A stretch of 64,000 bases of DNA from Botryllus schlosseri (Eukaryota): the NCBI GenBank assembly GCA_051294905.1, contig CM119371.1, positions 41,232,001-41,296,000 of the forward strand, read 5' to 3'. The translations under genes and the position numbers were made by a program. The notes under the pieces are model-generated. The model was not told where the DNA came from. It made no database searches and saw only the letters and a list, made by a program, of their open reading frames with translations. Positions 1 through 12,400 of this stretch are shown one piece after another (the stretch's first letter is position 1; each line of letters opens with the position of its first letter).

Positions 1-504
1 AGTTAACCGATCACAAAGTGGGAAAAATTAACCGGTTTTTGAGAATTCTACTCCGGTTTTGCAAGTTGCTAATTTCTGAAAAAGTATCCTCTTTTCAGAT
101 TTCCAAAATATGGTAAGGCGATCATATAGACACATTTAACCTAGATATAAAATACTTCGGAGCAATGAAATTCAATGCATAAGAACGTCTACAGCAGATA
201 ATGTAAGTCTCAATCGTCTACAGATTTTTGAAAAACTAAAAACTGAGCAGAATGCTAAGCAAGTAATCTCGCGTTTAGGACTGCTCGTTGTAACCAAACC
301 CACGGATCAGTGCCCTATTGCCATTATTGGTATGTAAACCCGTCTCTCCAAACATATTAATTTGTATCCGACGCGTACATGAAAAGGAGAATACATAATA
401 GGCTATAAATCAACACTAAACAGGTATTTATTTCCTGATGGGATGTGACAACGACCAAGTCACGTGTTCATAAAATCTAGACAGGTTTCATAAATGTCAT
501 TTCA

Positions 505-755
505 CAAATGAATGATACAATTCATGCTACAATTTTCATCATTTTAATGCACAAGACTGCGATACAATGAAAGATAGGAAGGCGTCGAAACGACTTGGAG
601 TAGTCTTTGAAATCAGACACCCACCTGGCCTAGACGATGTAAAAAGGAGGCATGCACACTGAATGACAAGTAAAAAAAAGATAATAGAAAAGGACAGGTC
701 ACAAAAAAGGTGGCGTGTATCGAAAGGTGAGATCGATGTCAGGTCGTGGACCTGT
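505..755 (-). repeat. Dispersed non-LTR/SINE-like 3' repeat (other copies 15386-15955 and 50095-50350)
   Basis: Reverse complement matches ttcattcagtgtgcatgcctc...ggtgtctgattt...gtatcgcagtcttgtg...aaatgatgaaa in the other two copies. The 50095 copy ends in short (attg)n-like repeats. Confidence 0.7.
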
Positions 756-966
756 ATACTAGAGGATTAAGAAGTAGTTATTCAGTAGAAATTGTCAGTA
801 TTTCAACTTGAATTCTCCATAAATAAAGCGTCATACTTGACTGAATGTTTCGAAAATAAGACAGGTGGTTGGCCAGACGGGAGACTAATTTCCAGAACAG
901 TAGCTTCCCTTCCTTCCATTACCCACAGATGATTGCTTTGAGCATATTTTTACACAAATCCCCATA

Positions 967-1995
967 TCATTGAGTCATATTAGCCAAATGAATTTTCATG
1001 TGGGTGTTGAAGTTACTGCTTTGGGTAAATGTCTTGCCACAAATATAGCATTCATAGTTTTTTATGCCAGCATGCGATTTCATATGGCTTCCAAGGGAAC
1101 TGCTATAGGCAAATTTCTTCCCACAGACTTCACAATTGTAGTTTTTTGTGCCTCTATGTACAGTCATATGCACCTTCAAGTGCGATTTCAATTTAAATTT
1201 ACCATGACAAATGTCACACGTAAAATCTTTAACAGAGCTATGGATTTTCATATGAGTTTCAAGATGAACCTTTTGAGTAAATTCCTTTGCGCAAATCTCG
1301 CATGCATGGTTTTTTACATTTGCATGTACAATATCCATATGGTGCTTAACGGATTTTTTCTGCATCAATTCCTTCCCACAGATATCACACTTATAATATT
1401 TATGCCCATCGGCAGCATGCACACGCATATGGTGCTTCAAGCCAGACTTTAGAGGAAACTTTTTCTCACAGATGCCACATTTGTAATTTTCTGTGTCAGT
1501 AGGTCTATGTTGAAGCATGTGTGTCTTTAGACAGTATTTCCGAGAAAACTCCATCCCACAAACTTCGCACTGAAGATCTTTGATGCCAGAATGTACAATA
1601 TCCATATGCCTCCGCAAGCTTGGCTTATGAGCATATTCGTTTCCGCAAACATCACATTTATGATGTATGGCGCGAACATGAGTTTTCATGTGAGTGACGA
1701 CGCCCTCACGAGTGAATTTCTTTCCACAAATCTCACATTCATGATTTCGGATAGTAACAACAGCATGATTCGCTTCATGTCTCTTCAAGTCCAATCCTCG
1801 TTTAAAGCCTTTCCCACAAATACCACATTTATGTGTTTTACGCCCCGTATGGCAAATCATGTGAATATCGCGGTTACCCTTTTGCGTGAAAGTCTTCCCA
1901 CAAATTTCGCATTCATGATTTTTCACACCATAATGCATATTCATATGGTGCTTGATGGAGTTCGTCACTAATTCTTTGCCACATATCTCGCACAT
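967..1995 (-). CDS. C2H2 zinc-finger protein, 12 tandem fingers, single ORF (342 aa)
   Basis: Twelve CxxC-x11/12-Hxxx(x)H motifs (e.g. CEICGKTFTQKGNRDIHMICH, CEVCGKKFAYSSSLGSHMKSH). Linkers deviate from TGEKP. No effector domain is visible and an in-frame stop lies ~9 codons upstream of the ATG, so an upstream exon cannot be excluded. Confidence 0.9.
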   Translation of the reverse strand: MCEICGKELVTNSIKHHMNMHYGVKNHECEICGKTFTQKGNRDIHMICHTGRKTHKCGICGKGFKRGLDLKRHEANHAVVTIRNHECEICGKKFTREGVVTHMKTHVRAIHHKCDVCGNEYAHKPSLRRHMDIVHSGIKDLQCEVCGMEFSRKYCLKTHMLQHRPTDTENYKCGICEKKFPLKSGLKHHMRVHAADGHKYYKCDICGKELMQKKSVKHHMDIVHANVKNHACEICAKEFTQKVHLETHMKIHSSVKDFTCDICHGKFKLKSHLKVHMTVHRGTKNYNCEVCGKKFAYSSSLGSHMKSHAGIKNYECYICGKTFTQSSNFNTHMKIHLANMTQ

Positions 1996-2669
1996 TTCGT
2001 TGTAACTTCGAACAATAGTAAGTTACCAAATTACTGGTATTCAGTCTGTCAGTACTGGTGTTTCTAAAATATTGGATCAGAAACAGTGTAAAGCAGGGAA
2101 AATTACTGTATTATGAATGCGAAGCATAGAGTATCACCCAGTTTACAAGTCGAGTCAATATTCACTGGAGCCGAGTATAATCCATTTTCCATATTTCTGA
2201 AAAGAACTCAAGTCGAGTACCATATTTACAATCCTGCCATGACGGCAATTGAAACAAATCTTACATAAAACCATGCATGAAGCAATTGCCAGTTGAGCTC
2301 CCCGCTGGGCCACAATCCAAAAGCACGCACCATATTAGAGATTAGCCTTGCTTGGGTTTATCAGATTTTGATATCCAGAAATGAGGAACCTTTTCAAAAA
2401 TTCTGAAAGCTGGTGATTTTGGAAACTCTTTTTTACCCGTAGCAGTATTGTGTTGACTAAAAAAAGGTCATCGCTTAGGCTCTATTCCTGAATCACCCGC
2501 GATAATATGTGTTGACTAAAAGAAAAATATGTCATCACTTGGACAGAACTCTGATGCTCGCTGCATCGGGATCGAGTTTTTGATCGTGTCTTGATGCTTT
2601 TTCTAGTAAAAGAGGACAAATTTCTAAAAATGAGGACATTTAAAGGCGTCTTCCGAGGGCACTTTCAAT

Positions 2670-2698
2670 CAGGGATATCTTGAAACTAGATATCCCTG
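2670..2698. mobile_element. 29-bp palindromic hAT-like mini-insertion
   Basis: cagggatatct-tgaaact-agatatccctg flanked by ctttcaat / ctttgaac (6/8 duplication). Same termini as 63334-63355. Confidence 0.6.
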
Positions 2699-3404
2699 CT
2701 TTGAACTTATAGTAAAAAAAAACTCCTGGTGCTTCTTCGATAGGACTGTGATATTTCTCGGTCCAAGTCCGACCCTGAAAATTTTCAAGTCAGTCCTACT
2801 CCATCCTGATCTAAAAATATTTTCAAAATCTAAAGTCCCAATCTAGGCTATAACTAAAAAAACAGAAAAACATGTAACAGAGAATAATTAGGCTCTCTGA
2901 AATATAACTCTGGTCTGTGACAAGATGTATAATTCCAATATTTGCCTACACTCGAAACTACAGTGGGCCTGCATGACACAGCAACTTTCATTTCACATTT
3001 TAGCAACACGAATGTAAATAACTAGAGTAGCAAGATGGCTATCAATACCTTAATAATTACATCATGATGAGTAATGAGCATGTACAATGACATCAGGGTT
3101 GATCATAATATGTTTTTCATAAATTTGACTGGCTAGTTGATAAAATTGTTCGGTCGGTTTGAACAAACGCTGAACATCAAATTGGATTCAATTCCAGCCT
3201 GTAGAAGCGTAGAAGTTATTACAACTGGAGAATTTTCAATATACTAAGAAGTATACACATTTTTTCAAATTATTCTGGCTGCCCGTCACTATGAAGTATT
3301 GTAAGAAAATGGTGCATTACAAATTTGACTAAATTCCAAACCAACATGGTATTTACTGTGGGAAATTCTTTCATCAATAATTATAGAGCTGCAAGACCAT
3401 CTTT

Positions 3405-3590
3405 GAAGAGCTTCTTGGAGGTACAGAACTTGAATATACAATTGAATAGTATATTAATATTGAAATGAACGCTAATATTTTCGGCAGAAACTCGTCAGGG
3501 GTTATCGTCCGCAACTAGCAGAGAATTGGATAGAACATTATATATTAACAATCGTATCACAAAATATGACAGCCAAAAATATGTCATTCA
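3405..3590 (-). mobile_element. Solo Penelope terminal repeat (pLTR) with hammerhead core
   Basis: Matches 43915-44077. Minus strand reads gcggacgataaccc-CTGACGA-gtttctgcc-GAAA-atat-TA-gcgttc. Confidence 0.8.
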
Positions 3591-4451
3591 AAAATATCCG
3601 GGTTCATTCCAATATGAACATACCATTCAACACTATTTTTCTAACCTAAAATTTTCCACTTCAATGAATACACCTACACCGGTTGGAATTCAACCAGTAC
3701 CGGTAGCATCTTTAGCCAGTAAATTTGAAAAAATAAGTTATTTCTATCCAACCCTAATGTACCTATGCAATACTATAATATATTCACTTTCAGGGGTCAA
3801 TACACAACAAACCTGCCATAGTAGTTTGTTCCATGAGCACATAAAATATTATAGACGAAAGAACCAGCCAAATCAAAATATATAGGTGAGCAACTATTAC
3901 TGCGGCGGACATTAACGATCAACTTGAATCAACGTCAATTGGCAACACTGGGAACAATTCTCGGCGCTTCTTCGATATACGCCCGAGATCGAAACAGTGT
4001 TTCACGTAACACCACCAAGTGCTTCCCATGAGCACAATACAATTTTATAATCGTCAAAATAATTTTTTTTTTGCTTTTGAAGAGACAGATATTAGGGTTG
4101 GAGGTGGGTTGGGGTCATATTTGGGGATAGGTTATCCCAAGATTACGGTTGGGGGAGGGGGTATTAGGGAAGAGGAAGGAGCGATATTAGGGTTGAGGTC
4201 AAAGTTGGGGTTCGGGTATCCCAAGATTAGGGTTGGGGCGGGGTATAAGAGTTGGATGTGGGTTAGGGTCAAATTTGAGGTTGGGGTATCTGAAGATTCA
4301 GGTTGGGGAAGGGGGATATTAAGGTTGGGGGAGGGGGGTCTTAGAGTTGGATGTGGGTCAGGGTCAAAGTTGAGGTCATGGTTTCGCAATATTACAGTTG
4401 GGGGAGGGGGTTGGATGTGGGTTAGGGATACCCTAACCTAAACTTTGACCC

Positions 4452-6500
4452 TAAACCGGGTAAATCGGTTTTGGGCGACATAATATAACATTAGGGCCTA
4501 ACTGTCGCAATAGGCGTCGTAAACATATACATATCGAGGTAGTTTCTAAACATATACGTGCTGTAAAATCTTTATCATGTTTTTCGTTCGTGACGTAATG
4601 GAATAGATTATGCGTCACCGATAGATTTATCCGATCCATGACATTTACATAGGAATATGTAAAGGACGAATTAATACTTTATAGTCCGGGTACAAGCCTG
4701 TGTCTATCGCTCGCAACGGCGCTACGTCATAAGCGCTTGCATTAGGCGGTATTCCATATCCCTTTTTAATATGTTCGATCGATACATACAACGTCATAGC
4801 TATCTAAGCTTTTGTTCATGCCGTCACTTAATACATCATGAAGAAAATGGACGCCGGTTCGGTGCAATACATACATATAAATATACGTGAGACGGTCTCT
4901 TGCGTTGAAGTGGAAAACATGAAAATGTCGATTTCCACACGCACAAGTCCGAGTACGATTATTGAGATGTTACTCGAGAATGCATTACGTAATATAAGTT
5001 TCGGGTAGACGTTCTTACTCAACCGTGCTAATGCGTGCGGTTTACATACCCACGCATTAATTTTTTTCGTCATTTTCGATGCGTGACGTCGCTAAATACC
5101 TCATATCATGTCGACCGGCAGTATTTAGTTCATTATCGGGTGCCAATCAATGTCATGTCGACCGGTATCTGTTCACAATTGGTCGACATGTATTATCAAG
5201 GCGACCAGCGTTCCATACGAGGGTTGGATCTGTGATCGCGCTACTATCAGCCGTGTGAACTTGTACCTACCGATCCATCTGTCTTCCGGATCACTAGTCC
5301 GGAACAATCCGGTTTTTTTCGACATACTATAATATTGGGGCATAACCGTTCGCAATAATCATTGTAACATATAGATCTTGATATACATGTTAAACATATA
5401 TGTGCGTTCAAATAATTCTTACGTTTTTAATCGTGACGTCATGTAACGCGTTATGCGTAACCGATCTAACTATTGGGTCCACTACATATATAGACGACAC
5501 TTTAACCCTGTCTCTTATAGTAGATATGGCAGAAAACCCGTGATAAATGGCGGATTCAAACTGTCGAGTCCGAGTCTCTGACCATTACATGAAACGGCGT
5601 GACGTCCTAACCGCCGCCTACTTTACGCAGTATCCATTTTAAGGTGTACGGTAAGCATATTATACACGCTTGATATTTATCTTAACTTTAGTTCGTGACG
5701 TCACTGAATACATTATGATTAAGAGGTATGCCGGTTCGGTCCTATACATATACATATAAATATGCACGAGGCGATCTCTTATATGTGGAGTTTGGAAAAA
5801 AACACGAAAACTGCCATTCCACACGCACGAGTCCGAATACGAGGCTGGATCTCATTATGTTACCTTAGAATGAAATACGTAATATCAATTTTCGGCCTGC
5901 GTTCTCACTCGTCTGTGTCAATGTGTGCGGTATACATAATACATACATACATTTGTACGCATAATATGTATCATAATTGGTAGTCGTGACATCACTGAAT
6001 ACATGCTGCGGATCAGGAATACCGATTCGGTTTAATACGTATATAGAAATATACTCAAGTCACTCTCTAATGTGGAGTATGTTTCATAAAAACTATCAGA
6101 TGGTGATTTTCAAAGGGCCGAGTCTGATTTTGATTTCGCGTATCTCTCCGTTATCTGAGATGGGATTACGGCCTCCTAACCCTTCGCAATAAGCTTTATT
6201 ACATATCCATTGTAATGTGTACGGTACACATATAAAAGCATGATATTTATCATAATGTGTATTAGCGACGGCACGGACTACATTAAACGGAACCGGGATA
6301 CCGATTCGGCCAAATACATACGCATATATCGATGAAATATTGCGGTATCTTACGTGGAGTATGGTTGTAATAAAATGAAAGCGATCGGTATTCAAACGGC
6401 CGAGCCAGAGTATGTGTCTCTGTGTGCGACGTGAGGCGGCATTATGGCATACCCGTTCGCATCATGTCTTATTATAGATCCATGTTAAGGTGCATGATGA
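4452..6500 (+). repeat. Degenerate ~250-290-bp satellite-like units, left arm of the foldback
   Basis: Recurring gtgacgtcactgaatacat...ccgattcggt...gtggagt...ccgagtccgag motifs near 4590, 4820, 5083, 5433, 5695, 5985 and 6265. 4452-5330 is repeated directly at about 8925-9890. Confidence 0.75.
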
Positions 6501-7185
6501 ACGTATATCTATCGAATCAGCCAACACAATTATCATTGGACCTTATTTACTATCATATTTAACGACATTATATATGAGGTGTCGATTAAAAATCAGTTCC
6601 GACTCTACTATCGTATCGAACATGCATGCTTATACCCAAATATTCGGGACACCTATCGAACAGCATCATCAGTGTTTCTTGTGACGACTACACGCGTTAT
6701 AACGAATAGTATCCATATTATTTTATCATGTCGGCCGATATATTAAATTAACATTATAGCGGCCACATTAAGTATATTGTCACGACGTTGTTCAACACCC
6801 GGATATCATAGTATGGTTCGAGTTGTTGGCGTCAAACCTATTGTTAATGCCAGCTTATTTCAATTGCACCATACCTCTTTCTAAAACGTATTGTGGGTAA
6901 AAATCCAAATTAGCATTGGTCACCATTTAGCAGCATTTAGTAACGGGCGACATTAAACATTATACCGACAGGTGTTATTCATTCATAATCGGGCGACATC
7001 TACTAGTATGTCAATGAGTGCTATATATTAGCATTGCATCGACCAACTTAATCTGATTGTACCGACGGCAAACCAAAAAGTGATATGTTATCAGATTTCA
7101 AGCACTAGTCGGCAGTCGTTTTGCCGATGTCATCAGTTTTCATGCGTAATGGAACGATTTAGTGCATCACCATGGTGATCGCGAG

Positions 7186-7700
7186 TAGGGCTGGGCACAA
7201 TGATTCGAGTACTCGAATCTGAATCGAGTATTAATTTTAATGATTCGAGTCGAGTACTAAAACACGATTTTCCGAGTACTGAAATTATACGCTCCTCGCC
7301 ATTGAAAGGTAATTTGTCAAAGAGAATTGTATTTTCAATACTAATTTTTGCTATTGATGCCTTGAAACCTTGATTGGCCGCATCGTAGCATACGGTACAT
7401 ATAGTACAAAGCTACGAACGCTACTGGAAATAGCACATTTCCAAAGTCATGATCTTCCCACAGCATTTGTCACCAATTGCAATGAAATCGTTGTCGTCTA
7501 CAAATACCGAGGTATGTTTAATGTAATGGATAACAGGCATTTTATGTTTTGTGGTCGCATAACAGATATGTATTTGAAATTTGATATATTACATTCTGTT
7601 GTGACGTCAGAATGAGTGATACTCGATTACTCGACTCGACTCGAAGCATTTTACGTGATGTAGAATCGAATCACTCAGGTACTCGATTTTGCCCAGCCCT
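7186..7700. mobile_element. hAT-type MITE nested in the foldback
   Basis: TIR tagggctgggca / gcccagccct, 8-bp TSD atcgcgag, subterminal actcga/tcgagt repeats. Confidence 0.85.
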
Positions 7701-10079
7701 ATCGCGAGTTAACGCAGCATTGGGTACCATTTATCAACATGCGAACGCCTTTATAGATTGCATAGGTGGTGACTGATCTTAGCATTGGACGACATTTAAC
7801 ACCATATCGATAGCCGGTACAAATTTGAAGTATGTCGGCAAATCAGATTAATTTCTACTGGGTTATTCACACATTTTATAACTAACGATCGGATTCCACC
7901 ATACCGGCTACCTTCTCTTGAGAGTAGTAATCCGTATCAAATGTACAATACCGAACTATACCAAAAGCATGCTGTTAGACATTCAAATGAGCATTTAACA
8001 TCATTTGCTATCCTGTCGCAAGACGTTATAAATTGTGGGTCGATGGAGATTAAATTAAGATTCGGTCGACATCTATTATCATGTCGACCAGCAGTGTATA
8101 TTTCATATTCGGGCGACAATCAATGTTATGTCGACCGATGTTAGTTCACAATTGGGCGACATATATTATCATGTCGACCAGCATTATATATTATCATTAT
8201 ATCAATAATAGTGTTCCTATCATCCGTGTTAAATTAGACCATACCGATTTATAGGTATGCAAGTAGCATTTGTTACCATTGAACATGATCTATTATCGGG
8301 CGACATCTACTATCATGCCGACCACTGTTACATATTATCAAACAACGGTCGCAATCGGCTCATTTTCAAAATGACATTGAACCAAATTATAACATAACAT
8401 ATATATTTCGAGGTAGCATAAACATATGCGCGCAGTAAATTCATTATTATTTTTTCTTCAGTGACGTAATGGAATACATTATGCGTCACTTATAGATTTA
8501 TTCCATCCATTACATGAACATGGGAATATTTAACCCCGTCTCCTATACTAAACCTGGTGGAAACTCAAAACGTGCTAATGCGGGCGATGTTGTACATACA
8601 CACACATAAGTTTTATCATCATTTTTATGCACGACGTCACTGAATACCTAATATCATGTCGACCAGCAGCATTTAGTTCATTATCGGGCGCCAATAAATG
8701 TTATGTCGACCGGTGTCTGTTCACAATTGGTCAACATGTATTATCAAGGCGACCATCGTTACATACGAGGGGTGGATCTATGATCGCGCTACTATCATCC
8801 TTGTGAACTTGAACCTACCGATTCATATATATTCCGGATCCCTAGTCCGGAACAAGCCGTTTTTTATGCGACATAATATAACATTACGGCCTAACAGTTC
8901 GCAATAAGAGTTGTAACATATAGATAAACCGGGTAAATCGGTTTTGGGTGACATAATATAACATTAGGGCCTAACCGTTCGCAATAGGCGTCGTAACATA
9001 CATAAATATAGGTAGCTACTAAACATATACGCGCAGTGATATCATTACAATTGTTTCGTTCGTGACGTAATGGAATAAATTATGTGTCACCGATAGATTT
9101 ATCCGATCCATCACATGTGGATAGGAATATTTAACCGCGCCTCCTATATTAAACCTGGTTTAAAGGGTGTAAATGACGAATTCAAACTTTCGAGTCCGAG
9201 TCCAAGTCCGTGTCTATCGCTCGAAACGGCGTTACGTCATACGCGCTTGCATTAGGTGGTATTCCATATCCATTTTAATATGTACCATCGATATATACAG
9301 CGTCATATTTATCTAAGCTTTTCTTCATGCCTTCACTGAATACATCATGAAGATAATGGACGCTTGTTCGGTGCAATACATACATATAGATATACATGAG
9401 GCGGTCTCTTACGTTGAAGTGGGAAAACATGAAAATGGTGATTTCCAAACGCAAGTCCGAGTCCGAGTCTTCAGGTGTTACCCGAGAAGGCATTGCGTAA
9501 CATAAGTTTGCGGTCGGTGTTCTTGCTCAACCGTGCTAATGCGTGCCGTGTGCAATCTGTGCATAACCACACATAATTGTTATCATCATTTCTATGCGTG
9601 ACATCACTGAATACCTAATATCATGTGATTTGACATCATTTACTATCCTGTCGCAAAACGTTATAAATTGTGGGGAGATGGAGATTAAACTATGAATCGG
9701 TCGACATCTAATATCAGGTCGTCATTATCCGGCGCCAATTGATGTTATCTAGCCGGTGTCTGTTCACAATTGGTCGACATGTATCATCAAGGCGACCCGC
9801 GTTACATACGAGGGGTGGATCTCTAATCGCGCTACTATCATACGTGTGAGCTTGTACCCTACTGATTTATATGTAGTCCGGATCAAGCCGTTATATGTCA
9901 CTGGCAATTTTTGTAGTATTCGCAATAAGCATGACAAGGACAGGAATAAATTATGCTCAATTCCTGTTGGATGAGCAATATATATATGTGATTAAAAGTG
10001 GTTATTATTGTACATTTGTTATTTGTGATATCGTGTGACTGCATTACGTCACGATGACACTGCGTTACAGTCAACAATG

Positions 10080-10578
10080 AATAATGAAGTTATATTGCAG
10101 GGTGGTGGAAGGGAGGAGGCGGGAAATATAATTAACTTGCATTATGTCACGCTTGGTAGTGGCATGCAATGTGATTGGGGCGCCCTGGCGCTGCGCTCCG
10201 CTCGCGCCATGGCTCGTCCGCTTGTCGTATCTCAGCTTTCGTGGCATATATCTAATGAGTAATGCAGCTACAATGAATTGCTTATATATTCCCATAAACG
10301 AATACCTAAGTAATGCAGCAATACTGCAATATTGCACAGATGTTGTAACCCGTCCGACATCCAACAACAAATTGGGCAGCATTTCTGTCCTGCTGGTCAT
10401 ACTCACAGTAGACATTAGAAGAATGGTGACATACGACGAGCGGACGAGCCATGGCGCGAGCGGAGCGCAGCGCCAGGGCGCCCCAATCACATTGCATGCC
10501 ACTACCAAGCGTGACATGCTATTTTACCGTATTTCCCACCGCCTCCCTTCCACCACCCTGCAATATAACTTCATTATT
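10080..10578. repeat. GC-rich long inverted repeat (MITE-like) at the strand switch of the foldback
   Basis: 10144-10230 and 10431-10517 are reverse complements with one mismatch. The outer ~45 bp are also inverted, around a ~200-bp AT-rich spacer. Confidence 0.9.
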
Positions 10579-10619
10579 ACCTATCATTTACGGTGACGGT
10601 GCGATCGATGTTTTTATTG

Positions 10620-12400
10620 TAGATAGGCAATGACGGGCGCCTTCCCTCTTGTGCAGTATGTTTCAATGACATCAGGAATCAAAATTATGACAAATATCAT
10701 GCATGTGTCTGTCTACCGCATACCGTGACACGGATTCGGAAAAACGCCTATTGCAAAAGGTCGGGCCGTATTGCTGATTCAAGTAACAGACATAGACTAG
10801 GGACTCCAACTATGACTCGTACGTCTGAACATCTACATTTTTATTTTGTTTGCAATCCTACTCCACCTAAGATACATGAGTATAGTCATAAATATGTATT
10901 ATACATGTACTAATATTATGATAAATAGCATGCGTTTATATGTTTACCGCACACCTTAACATGGATATGTAATAAATGAATAGGCAGTAATGCCGTATTA
11001 GGAAACAGGAAGCGAGACAGACTCAACCGTTTAAAAACTGCTATTATTCATTTTGTTTCACCCATACTCCGTATAACACTGTATCAAGTATATTTATATA
11101 TTACACCGAATCGTTACATCTGATACGCAGTATATATATCGTGATGTAAGGAATAAAAAGAATGATAAATATCCTGCGCGTTTATGTTAACCGGACACCT
11201 TAACACGGATTTGTGAGAACGCCTATCGCGAATTTTAGTTCGTATCGCTGTCACACGTAACAGATAGAGACTCGGACTCGGTCTCGAATGGTTGAAAGTT
11301 ACATTTCATTTTTTCAAACATACTCCACCTAAGACACAGTATCAAGTATGTCTATATAAATGTGTTGAACCGAATCGGTATCCCTCTTCCACATACAGGA
11401 TTTCGTGACGTCACGAATATACAATTATGAATCATAGCGTGCGTGTCTTTGTTCACTGGACACCCTAACGCATATTTCTAATAACGTAAACAGCAAACGG
11501 CTCGTCAGTAATGCCGTCTCAGGTAACAGAGATAGACTCGGACTCGGGTTGCGCCGCGTGAAAATTTATATTTGTTTCTGTTCTTCCACCATATTCAACG
11601 TAAGAGACAGCGCTGCCTATGTGTATGTATAGGCATTGGACCGAATCGGTAACCCTTATACGCATACTATATTCTGTTAGGTCAAGAATAAAAAGTTATG
11701 GTCAGTATCCTACGTGTGTATGTTTACATCATACATTATTCCGATTTTGTACGAAGCATAATGCAAACGTATGCCGTAATGTCGTCTCATGTAACACACA
11801 GACTCTCGGATTCATACTCGGACTCGGCTGTTCGAAACCCGCTGTCTTTCATTTGTTTTAACCATACTCCACATCATATAATGTAATAAGTACGTTTATG
11901 TGTATTCGTTCACCGAATCGATCCATGGGCCGCATAATCTACTATGTGACGTCACGAGTACTGATTATGAATAATTATGACATCAATAATACCTCCCCTT
12001 TATTGTCACAGTGCGTTGGTATCGATTTTGTATGAAGCATAATGCAGACACATGCCGTAATGTCGTCTCATGTAACACACAGACTCTCGGACTTTATTGT
12101 CACAGTGCGTTGGTATCGATTTTGTATGAAGCATAATGCAAACGTATGCCGTAATGTCGTCTCACGTAACACACAGACTCTCGGACTCATACTTGGACTC
12201 GGCCGTTCGAAAATCGCTATCTTTCATTTGTTTTAACCATACTCCACATCATAGAATATAATAAGTACATTTATGTATATTTTTTAACCGAATCGGACCA
12301 TGTGCCGCATAATCCACTATGTGACGTCGCGAATAAAAGTATGAATAATTACGACATCATTCATACCTTCCATTTAACGTGACGGTATGTCAATCGTTTC
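10620..12400 (-). repeat. Right-arm satellite-like units in inverted orientation, including a ~93-bp tandem duplication at 11999-12186
   Basis: actcggactcgg...actccac...accgaatcgg...gtgacgtcac motifs are reverse complements of the left-arm units. Confidence 0.75.

Noticed and set aside
970..1971. Plus-strand ORFs of 160 and 126 aa
   Set aside because: Antisense shadows of the zinc-finger repeats.
4090..4440. True telomere or chromosome-fusion site
   Set aside because: TTAGGG units are sparse, degenerate and embedded in paired transposon arms.
4019..4441. Gly-rich and Pro-rich ORFs (also 12825-13115 and 13315-13653)
   Set aside because: Translations of telomere-like G/C tracts in TIR arms.
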